A stretch of 34,417 nt of DNA from Opitutales bacterium (GTDB lineage: Bacteria > Verrucomicrobiota > Verrucomicrobiia > Opitutales > T3Sed10-336), in the NCBI GenBank assembly GCA_007132315.1, contig SLOW01000298.1, positions 1-34,417 of the forward strand. Reading direction: 5' to 3'. Made by a program: the position numbers and the translations under genes. The notes beneath the pieces are model-generated. The model saw only the letters and a program-made list of their open reading frames with translations. It did no database searches and had not been told where the DNA came from. Shown in pieces: positions 1-7,506 of the stretch. Position 1 is the stretch's first letter; every line of letters begins with the position of its first letter.

Positions 1-1
1 G

Positions 2-458
2 GCCCCTGGCGCAGCAGTCATTTTCGACGGTGGTTACCTTGATTCCCCAGATCATTTCACGTTTGTAGAGGATGAATTGGTGAAGCAGCGGCTTCTGCAA
101 GAGATCCGGGATAAGGTCTTAAAGGTGGATTTGCAGGCTTTAGGAATCACCGAACATGGAAGCTTCGGTCCGCGGGGGTGGGGGCAATTCCCTAACCGCT
201 CCCATGGAGCTCATCCTCGACGGCATTCCACAGCAGGTCGCCCGCTGGCCCAATGATTCGAAGATTCCACTGGGCACTGTGATTGAAGGGGGGGGTAGTG
301 ATGCTACCAGCGGTGATACGGACAATGGTCCGGGAATTCTTGAATACAATACAGAGAGGGCCGATCGGCGGGTTGATACAGAGGACCTATTATTGATTAA
401 GTTGAGAAGTAATCGCTTTTCAGGCGGCGCTGCTCCCCGCTCGTTGGAACCGGTCTAA
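2..458 (+). CDS. Partial hypothetical protein (5' end off-window), apparently split over two frames
   Basis: Frame 2 reads a protein-like ...AVIFDGGYLDSPDHFTFVEDELVKQRLLQEIRDKVLKVDLQALGITEHGSFGPRG up to the G-runs at 173-187, then turns Arg/His/Pro-rich. Frame 3 continues plausibly (NSLTAPMELILDGIPQQVARWPNDSKIPLGTVIEGGGSDATSGDTDNGPGILEY) to the TAA at 456-458. Removing one G joins the two frames. The last 16 codons lie inside repeat copy A. Confidence 0.3.
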
Positions 459-575
459 GAAGTGTTTTCATGGAGAAGAGAGTGCGGAAAGCGGGCGGAG
501 CCGTCAAGCCCTGCCACGTTCCGACTTGACAAGGGGCTTGATGGGTGGGGTAAACACTTCGATTGAGTGTGAAAC
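411..575. repeat. Dispersed 165-nt repeat, copy A
   Basis: Direct comparison with 34007-34171: identical boxes aatcgcttttcaggcggcgc (20/20), ccccgctcgttggaaccggtct (22/22) and cgattgagtgtgaaac (16/16). The interior is more diverged. Both copies are 165 nt long and in the same orientation. Confidence 0.8.
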
Positions 576-749
576 GGCCTCGATGCCGCGCCAGGGGCCC
601 TGGAGGGCGGCGTTTCCGGGGCGCCAGGGTGGGCCCCGCCCGGCCAGGTGCCCGTAGGTGCGGCGAATGAGGAGGGCGCGGGCGTCGGGCTCGGCTTGAG
701 CGATGGTGAAGTGATTTCCGGTGCTACTTTGCGAATACTGGTACTGCAT
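504..749 (-). CDS. Short hypothetical ORF, possibly the 5' relic of a Bax-inhibitor-1/YccA-like gene
   Basis: An ATG at 749 gives MQYQYSQSSTGNHFTIAQAEPDARALLIRRTYGHLAG, which resembles BI-1/YccA N-termini. No transmembrane segments follow. The ORF runs into repeat copy A and ends in Arg/Pro/Gly-rich sequence. Confidence 0.2.
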   Translation of the reverse strand: MQYQYSQSSTGNHFTIAQAEPDARALLIRRTYGHLAGRGPPWRPGNAALQGPWRGIEAVSHSIEVFTPPIKPLVKSERGRA

Positions 750-823
750 GGCGTTTGAAAATAGATGAATCGGCACCTTTCTCTATTGAACGATCCGATT
801 CTTGGCTGCGACGTCCCCAGGCG

Positions 824-1483
824 TCAGTTTCGCTCGTCCTTTCGGATTTCCCGGATTTCATCCGCGAGATTATCCCAGGAATAAATCGGTTTGATGCGGT
901 AATCGATATCGCTGATCGAGCACAGGTAACCCATGGGTGAGCTCTGGGGTCGGGTTTCGCCGACCCGGAACACCTCATGGTAGCCCCTTTCTCCGGCCAG
1001 GATCAGGCAGGAACGCTGGAAGCGCAGCCCGTTGTAGTGCAGCTCGTACACGGTAGTTTCATCGGTGGGGCGTGCCGTCCCGTCCGGGGTGTGCAGGGTG
1101 CGCGACTCCATGTCGATGTACAGCAGCTCCCGCCCGTCCAGTTGCCGGATTGTGCCAATCGCGGGCACCGACAGAAGGATCGCAAGGGGAACCATCAAGG
1201 CCGACGCCACCCCGGCTCCGACAGCGGAAGTCAATAACAACCAAAGAATCAATCCCATCATGCCGGCGACCAGGAACAGGGCGTGGTACCGTGACCAGTG
1301 TTTCTTCTTAAGCACTCGACGCTGCCCGTCCTGCCGGAGCTCGACCCGATTCCATGAACGAAGTAGGGGAGTTTGTGGGGACGGGGTTGAGTCGGGGCGC
1401 ATTGGCATGGTCGGATATGATGGATAACGGAAAGGATGAAAACTCTGGGGGGGGGAAGGCCGTGACATGGTGTCATTCACCAC
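824..1483 (-). CDS. Hypothetical membrane protein
   Basis: 219-codon ORF (GTG at 1483; alternative ATG at 1468). It has a Pro-rich N-terminus and two hydrophobic spans (YHALFLVAGMMGLILWLLLTSAVGAGVASALMVPLAILLSVPAIG). I recognise no family. Confidence 0.5.
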   Translation of the reverse strand: MVNDTMSRPSPPQSFHPFRYPSYPTMPMRPDSTPSPQTPLLRSWNRVELRQDGQRRVLKKKHWSRYHALFLVAGMMGLILWLLLTSAVGAGVASALMVPLAILLSVPAIGTIRQLDGRELLYIDMESRTLHTPDGTARPTDETTVYELHYNGLRFQRSCLILAGERGYHEVFRVGETRPQSSPMGYLCSISDIDYRIKPIYSWDNLADEIREIRKDERN

Positions 1484-1574
1484 AGAAGGCCCTACTCAAG
1501 ACCTCGAGTTCCTCGGCAGGTTTGGGTGTGCGTGACGCACTGTTTATGACCCGGCCCGTGCGGTAAAGCTAAAA

Positions 1575-1650
1575 AATTCGCCGGGGCGCGGAGTTGATTC
1601 GGAGCAAGGACCTCTGTGCCGGGTGGTAATGCCTTCCTTCGCGATTGAGG
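1575..1650. repeat. Possible degenerate short copy (C) of the dispersed repeat
   Basis: aaaattcgcc..ggggcgcgg..gttgattcgg ... ccgggtggtaatgcc..ttcgcgattgagg shares the tcgc, ggcgcgg, ggtggt(t)aa and gcgattgag blocks, in the same order and orientation as copies A and B. The alignment needs gaps. Confidence 0.25.
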
Positions 1651-1738
1651 TGCGGGTTGCGTTGAGCTGATTGGGTGTTTGATGCACATTCGCCACGATG
1701 GCGGGTGTGCCTTTCCTTTGACGGGTTCGAGTTTTCGT

Positions 1739-2800
1739 TTATCGGGATCGCAACAGCTGGGTTGTTTTTTCAACCAATCGGTCCCAGTCGAACGCCGGTC
1801 CGGGATCGATCTTCTCGGTCTGGATGTGGAAGTGACCGAGGAAACCCTGGTATCGATCCAGTTCGTCGTCGGGTAGTTTCCCGGCTATCAGATTTCCGTC
1901 TTCATCCCGCGGATAGTCGGGACGGACAACGGGAAAAATTCGGCAGAGCGCCGCCGTGACGTGGGCGAGAGCGCGGTATTGTTCGGGGGTGAAATCATAC
2001 TGCACGAGTTTCCTGTTGTGAATCCGGCCGGTGACCGGTTCGTCGCGCGCGGGCCGTCCGATGAAACCGGCCGTGCGGATGCCGCCGTCGCCAAGTTCGT
2101 CGGGAAGGGAGATGCGCACGCGTCCGTCGGGATCGCGGGTGTACCACGCGTGCAGGGGGTGTTTTTCATCCGGTTCGTAGGCGCCGATATTGGCCAATTC
2201 GATCCCGATCGACCGGGTGTTGGACGTGGTCGCGTGCCAGGCGCGTTCCTTGAGATCAAGGGTCTGATAAACGGTCCCGTCGAGGTCGATCAGGAAGTGG
2301 GCGCTGAGGCCGGCCACGTCGTGCAGGATGCGGAAGCATTCCCGGCTGGTTCCGGCGGCGTCGTAGTGCAGGACCACCTGATCGACCACCCTCTGCAGGA
2401 GAGGCAGGTCCCAACCGCCCCCGCGGACCCGTTCCCGTTCCTCGTCGGTCAAGCCCACTTGACGCGCATTGTAGCGTTGGGGCGAGCTCAGCGCCGGCAC
2501 GGCCTCGCGAGAGGACGACCAGTCGGCTTCGTCCCTCGGACTAAAGCGGCGTTCCGTTCGGTAGGCGTCGTAACCGTCGGGGTCCATCCACAGCACGATG
2601 GGCGTGCCGGTGTGGAAGAGCTGACCGGCGACGAGGATCTCATCACCCTGCCGAGGCACCTGCGTTCCCGGCTGCGGAGCGGTTGCACAGCCGCCGGCCA
2701 GACCGGCGATCGCTAAAAGCGCTGTGCGTGAAGAAATACGAAGAATTCGGTCAAAACGAACCCGATTCGAGACTAAAGGAACTTTGGCATACGGATTCAT
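1739..2800 (-). CDS. N-acetylmuramoyl-L-alanine amidase (Amidase_2/PGRP fold), lipoprotein
   Basis: Lipobox LAGLAGGC. The Amidase_2 core reads VVLHYDAAGTSRECFRILHD...LSAHFLIDLDGTVYQTLDLKERAWHATTSNTRSIGIELANIG...GHFHIQTEKIDPGPAFDW. An AAGGAG Shine-Dalgarno precedes the ATG at 2800. Confidence 0.85.
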   Translation of the reverse strand: MNPYAKVPLVSNRVRFDRILRISSRTALLAIAGLAGGCATAPQPGTQVPRQGDEILVAGQLFHTGTPIVLWMDPDGYDAYRTERRFSPRDEADWSSSREAVPALSSPQRYNARQVGLTDEERERVRGGGWDLPLLQRVVDQVVLHYDAAGTSRECFRILHDVAGLSAHFLIDLDGTVYQTLDLKERAWHATTSNTRSIGIELANIGAYEPDEKHPLHAWYTRDPDGRVRISLPDELGDGGIRTAGFIGRPARDEPVTGRIHNRKLVQYDFTPEQYRALAHVTAALCRIFPVVRPDYPRDEDGNLIAGKLPDDELDRYQGFLGHFHIQTEKIDPGPAFDWDRLVEKTTQLLRSR

Positions 2801-2850
2801 GACTCCTTTTCACTCCTATTCCACTCTCTTGTCATGATATTTCCACCATT

Positions 2851-2894
2851 AGCAGCTTTTCGGGCTTAGCCCAATCCAAGCCCGAAAGGCTGCT
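2851..2894 (-). terminator. Strong hairpin at the recQ 3' end
   Basis: 17-nt arms agcagcttttcgggctt / aagcccgaaaggctgct (one G-U pair) with a 10-nt loop. It overlaps the recQ TAG stop by 2 nt. No clear U-tract follows, so it is not a textbook intrinsic terminator. Confidence 0.45.
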
Positions 2895-5040
2895 AGTGCT
2901 CCTGGATTATTTTCAGGAAGGCGGGAATGATTTTTTTTGCTTTGGTGTCGCCGATGCCGGGGATTTCGAGCGCGTCTTCCGGGGTGGCCGGGCGGCGGCG
3001 GGCGAGTTCCTCCATGGCGCGGTTGGTGAGAATGACGTAGGCGGGTTGGCCGCCCCGAGCGGCGGCCATTTGACTTCGCTTCTGGCGGAGTTTTTCCAAC
3101 AGGACCGGATCCATGTCACCGTTTGAGGGTTGTGGCTCCGCCTGGAAATTGACGGGTCTTTCGGACCGATCGGATTTCCCGCGGCGCCTGCCGGCCGCTG
3201 GTGCGGCGCGGTCCGGCCAGGCGAAGGTGCAGGGGGCTTCGCCCAACATGACCCTGGCGCCGGCTTCGGTGATGCCGAACAGGGGGTATTCGCCCTCGGC
3301 GGTATAAACCAGCCCGGCCCGTTCCAGTTCCCGGAACAGGGCGTTCAGGTAGTCGCGACCTTCCTCTTTGAGCAGGCCGTGGGTGGAGAGTTGGTCGAGG
3401 CCGGCCTGTTTGACTGCGGCGGCGTTGCTTCCGAGTAGGCATTGCACGATTCGGGCGCGGCCGAATCGGGGTCGCCATTCGAGCCGGCCGAGCCGGTCCG
3501 ACATGCGGGCAACGCCGCTGAGGGCCTTGCGGGCGATCATGCTCTCCGCGTCGCTTCCGGGCCGGAAGTTCTCCGCGCGGTTCGAGCGGCAGACGTCGCA
3601 TTCCCCGCAGGGTTGACTGGAGGCTTCGCCGAAGTAGCGCAGGATCCATTGCTGGCGGCAGGTGCGCTGTTCGTAGGCGTACTGGATCACGGCCCGCAGG
3701 CGGGATTCGTCGCGCTGGCGCTTGCGGGCCAGGGTTTCCTCGTCGAGGTCGAGATCGGCGGCGGACGTGTCGGGTCGGAGCAGGCGTGTTCCCCGTATCC
3801 GTTTTCCGGGCACGTCGAATCGCTGCACGTAGCCGTGGCGCCCGAGAATGGCGATCGAGGTCGAGACCGAGATCGGGTTGACCTTGCCGGGAAGGCGTTG
3901 GCCGAGGTCGTCGATGGACAGGACGACCTCGTGGCGGTTATCCGCGGCGGATCGGAGCGCCTCGTAAACCGCGCGCACGGTGGAGATTTCCGGGTTGCGG
4001 CCTTCGATGAAGAACTCCTGGGTGCGCTTGTCGGCGAAGTTGAACAGGAACAGGCATTCCGAGGGCAGCCCGTCCCGCCCGGCGCGGCCGGCCTCCTGGT
4101 AATAGGCCTCGAGGCTGCCGGGCATTTCGAAATGGAGGACGAAGCGCAGGTCGCCGCGATCGATGCCCATGCCGAAGGCGTTGGTGGCGACCACGAGGTC
4201 GGATTGCTTGCGCATGAAGGCGTTCTGAATGCGCTCGCGCTCGGCGTCGTCCATGCCGCCGTGATAGGCGAGGGCGGGAAAGCCGTCGGCCTTGAGGTTC
4301 TCGGCCACCGATTCCACCTTCTTCCGCGTCGCGCAGTAAATGATACCCTTGCGATGGGTGCGGATCAGCGACTGGAGATAACGGTGTTTTTCGTCCTCTG
4401 ATCCGGTGGCCATTACCTTGAAGCTCAGGTTCGGCCGCGCGAACCCGGAAACAAATACCTTTGGTTCGCGGAGCTCGAGATTGACGCGAACGTCCTCCCG
4501 GACTTCGGGCGTGGCGGTCGCCGTGAAGGCGGCGACGGGCGGATGCCCCAGGTTTTTCAACGCGATCCCCAGCCGCAGATAGTCCGGTCGAAAGTCGTGG
4601 CCCCACTGGGACAGGCAGTGGGCTTCGTCCACCGCGAAGAGAGAGACCGGCACGTTGCGCAGGGCAGACAGGAAGGCTTGGCTGCGAAAGCGTTCCGGAG
4701 CGACGTACACCAGTTTCAACTCGCCCCGTTCCATCGCGTCCAGGGTGGCTCGCTGTTCGGCCGCGGTCTGGGTGCTGTTGAGCAGAGCGGCGGGCAGGCC
4801 GCGCGCGCGGAGCACGTCCACCTGGTCCTTCATGAGCGCGATCAACGGGGACACCACCAGTGTGACGTGGGGCAGGAGCAGGGCGGGCAGCTGGTAACAC
4901 AGGGACTTGCCGCCGCCGGTCGGCATGATGACGAGGGTGTCGTGCCCGGCCAGAATGGTCTCGATCACCTCCTTCTGGGGTGAACGGAAACGGTCGAAAG
5001 CGAAGTGCTGTCGCAGGGCTGCCAACGGATCATGAGTCAT
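2893..5040 (-). CDS. recQ: ATP-dependent DNA helicase RecQ
   Basis: FRSPQKEVIETILAGHDTLVIMPTGGGKSLCYQLPALL (motif I) and DEAH box FAVDEAHCLSQWGHDFRPDY. Also a RecQ C-terminal Zn-finger Cys cluster (CRQQ...CGECDVC) and an HRDC-like tail. ATG at 5040; an in-frame TTG lies at 5058. Confidence 0.95.
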   Translation of the reverse strand: MTHDPLAALRQHFAFDRFRSPQKEVIETILAGHDTLVIMPTGGGKSLCYQLPALLLPHVTLVVSPLIALMKDQVDVLRARGLPAALLNSTQTAAEQRATLDAMERGELKLVYVAPERFRSQAFLSALRNVPVSLFAVDEAHCLSQWGHDFRPDYLRLGIALKNLGHPPVAAFTATATPEVREDVRVNLELREPKVFVSGFARPNLSFKVMATGSEDEKHRYLQSLIRTHRKGIIYCATRKKVESVAENLKADGFPALAYHGGMDDAERERIQNAFMRKQSDLVVATNAFGMGIDRGDLRFVLHFEMPGSLEAYYQEAGRAGRDGLPSECLFLFNFADKRTQEFFIEGRNPEISTVRAVYEALRSAADNRHEVVLSIDDLGQRLPGKVNPISVSTSIAILGRHGYVQRFDVPGKRIRGTRLLRPDTSAADLDLDEETLARKRQRDESRLRAVIQYAYEQRTCRQQWILRYFGEASSQPCGECDVCRSNRAENFRPGSDAESMIARKALSGVARMSDRLGRLEWRPRFGRARIVQCLLGSNAAAVKQAGLDQLSTHGLLKEEGRDYLNALFRELERAGLVYTAEGEYPLFGITEAGARVMLGEAPCTFAWPDRAAPAAGRRRGKSDRSERPVNFQAEPQPSNGDMDPVLLEKLRQKRSQMAAARGGQPAYVILTNRAMEELARRRPATPEDALEIPGIGDTKAKKIIPAFLKIIQEH

Positions 5041-5305
5041 CGTCACGATGTTGGACAAACGATCACCGCGAAGGCAAGCCTGGTCGTTGATCGGGATCCG
5101 GGGGTGCCGCCCGCGGTCGGATTTCGCGACAAACAGGAGGGATCCGATGACTCCTTAATATTAGTAAACATAATATCTCGAATTAGGCGCGATGTGGACT
5201 TGTCTGGGGCGTGTCCATTCTTAAAATACAGACACACATTAAGTTGACCTGTTGTATTCCGCTGCAATCTCATTCCCGAGTCCAAAACCCAAAAGTTGGA
5301 GTCCC

Positions 5306-6274
5306 ATGATGACTGACATTTCCCTGATCGGACGCGTTCATGGAACGTGTTTCCCCGCGCCGGTACTGGCGGCCGCCCTGCTGTTTACGCCGGCGAGTGT
5401 CCAGGCGTTTTCCGTGGATGGTGATATGACCGTCAATATCCAGGGTCACGAAGACGGTATGTTGATCGCGGATCACTTCAATGTGGTGGACGGCACGCAC
5501 TTCGGTGAAGCCGAATTGCCACGGCCCCAAAGCATGCATTTGCCGTCCTTCCAGGATCTGCCGGTGGGCCGCGGGTTGACTTCGGGCGGTTCGCAACCAT
5601 CCGCGAGTTTCGCGGCGGAGTCGAGCGGGTTTTTCATTATGGAGCCGCCTCCCGACGACGAGCAGCACTCTTACGACATTCAGTCGCAATTGCTGTGGTC
5701 GGCCACGGTGGCGCATCAGAATACGGCGTCGCAGGCTTACGAGTTGAACCTGGCCATCGATCCGATCGAGTTGCGTCTGTGGGATGGCGCGGATCCGCCG
5801 CTCACATGGGAAGCCGGATATTCGATTTTGGTGTCCGTGGACGGAACGTCGGTCTGGTTTTCCGAAGCGGAGATCGAAGGAAATATGAACGGTGTCACCC
5901 TCAGGCAGTTCGGCACCAATCTCAGCGCGACGGGAGTCAATCTTCCCCCGCCCGGCGGCCAAGTCCCGAGCGAGTTGATCGGTTATGATTTCGATCCCCA
6001 CAGCGAAACCATTCCGCTGGCGACCTTGGATAGTCTTGGAGACAGCTTTGATTTGAGCGTGATGGTGACCACGTCAATTTCAGACGTACCGAATACTGAA
6101 ACCGGCGCATACGCCCTGATCGGTGATCCGGCGGGGGGCGATCCGGGCATCAATGCGACGGTGATTCCGGAGCCGGGTACCTACGCGCTGCTGGGCGGCG
6201 CGGGCGCGTTGTTGCTGGTGATCGCTCGCAGGCATACGAAACGTGCCAAGGCCGGCGGTTCGTCCGCGGTTTGA
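5306..6274 (+). CDS. PEP-CTERM sorting-domain secreted protein
   Basis: N-terminal signal peptide (AAALLFTPASVQA). The C-terminus VIPEPGTYALLGGAGALLLVIARRHTKR has the PEP motif, a TM helix and a basic tail. GGAG lies 7 nt upstream of the ATG at 5306. Confidence 0.8.
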   Translation: MMTDISLIGRVHGTCFPAPVLAAALLFTPASVQAFSVDGDMTVNIQGHEDGMLIADHFNVVDGTHFGEAELPRPQSMHLPSFQDLPVGRGLTSGGSQPSASFAAESSGFFIMEPPPDDEQHSYDIQSQLLWSATVAHQNTASQAYELNLAIDPIELRLWDGADPPLTWEAGYSILVSVDGTSVWFSEAEIEGNMNGVTLRQFGTNLSATGVNLPPPGGQVPSELIGYDFDPHSETIPLATLDSLGDSFDLSVMVTTSISDVPNTETGAYALIGDPAGGDPGINATVIPEPGTYALLGGAGALLLVIARRHTKRAKAGGSSAV

Positions 6275-6546
6275 AAGATACCGAAATCAGCTCCGAAGCG
6301 AGCCGGGGTTGAACGGTGGGAACCACATCCGCGCCGCGCGATGCCGCGTTGTTGTTTGCGGGTGATCGCGTTTCTGAGCGATCGCCATATCGACCGCTCG
6401 TTTCCAGACGAAACCGGCCGGGATATGATTGCCTGCGCGGATCTGCAATTGCCGAACAGGCGGGATTCGCCGGGTACGTGGGAAGTCCGGGCGAATTTCC
6501 TTTCTTGCGGAACCCGCCGGGGCGGTTAGGTCTCTCAGAAGAGACC

Positions 6547-7245
6547 ATGGAATCGCACGGAAAAGACACCGCTACCGAGCACGATACAATCACACTGACC
6601 CCGGAAGAGGCACGGGTCTTGGGATGCCTGTTCGAAAAGGAGATCGCGACGCCGGAGTATTATCCGATGACGCTGAACGCGCTGACCAACGCGTGCAACC
6701 AGAAGTCGAACCGGCGTCCGGTCATGGAGCTGGTGGCGGACGATGTGAACGAGGCGCTTGACGCGCTGCGCGAGAAGAAGCTGGCCGTCATCGTTTCGGT
6801 GGCCGACTCCCGGGTGCCAAAGTTCAAGCGCCTGACGGATCGTCTGGGCGACCCGGGGCTGGCCGAACGGGCGGTGTTGTGTGAGTTGCTGGTGCGCGGG
6901 CCCCAAACGCCGGGGGAATTGCGCAACCGCTGCGACCGCCTGCGACCGTTCGCGGGCATCGAGGAGGTCGAGCAGGTGCTCAAGCGCCTCGCCGAGTCCC
7001 CGGCCGGCCCGTTGGTGCGCAAACTGCCCCGGCAGCCCGGGCACAAGGAGTCGCGCTACACCCATTTGCTCTGCGGCGAGCCCGAAACCCCGGCGGCGCC
7101 GGCGGAAACCGAAGTCGCGTCGGCCCCCACCCGGGCCTCGCTTCAGGGACGGGTCGAGGCCCTCGAACAAGAAGTGGCCGTGTTGAAGGAGGAAACCGCG
7201 GCGTTGAAGGCGGCCTTCGACGACTTTCGGCGGCAATTCGACTGA
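6547..7245 (+). CDS. yceH: YceH/DUF480 (UPF0502) family protein
   Basis: LTPEEARVLGCLFEKEIATPEYYPMTLNALTNACNQKSNRRPVMEL ... LLVRGPQTPGELRNRCDRL ... PGHKESRYTHLL is collinear with E. coli YceH. A coiled-coil tail follows. The start was chosen at the ATG at 6547. Confidence 0.9.
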   Translation: MESHGKDTATEHDTITLTPEEARVLGCLFEKEIATPEYYPMTLNALTNACNQKSNRRPVMELVADDVNEALDALREKKLAVIVSVADSRVPKFKRLTDRLGDPGLAERAVLCELLVRGPQTPGELRNRCDRLRPFAGIEEVEQVLKRLAESPAGPLVRKLPRQPGHKESRYTHLLCGEPETPAAPAETEVASAPTRASLQGRVEALEQEVAVLKEETAALKAAFDDFRRQFD

Positions 7246-7506
7246 GGCCCGGCGGTCGTTTTGGCGTGCCGATTCGTGGGGCGTGGGGCGCGGCATCACC
7301 GGCGGGAAGGGGTTTCGGCGGAAAGGCTGGTGTAGGCCTACAGGGGGGGCGGCCGGCTTACTGAGGGACGAGGGGAGAGGGGCGTGGGGCGAGGGACGGA
7401 AACAGGAGGGCTGGTAACCGGAGGGGTCCGCATCACCGTGGCGGGCCGGGCTCCGTCACGGCCGCGGGCGCCGATTGGGTGAAGTTGCGCGTTGCCGGAA
7501 GGCAAT

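Noticed and set aside
411-575. The repeat as a known riboswitch or RNA (cobalamin, glycine, FMN, TPP, SAM, c-di-GMP, tmRNA, RNase P, SRP, 6S)
   Set aside because: I compared it by eye with the core consensus motifs I remember (B12 box, GGAGAG/CACCGAAGG, and so on) on both strands and found no convincing match. It is left unclassified rather than named.
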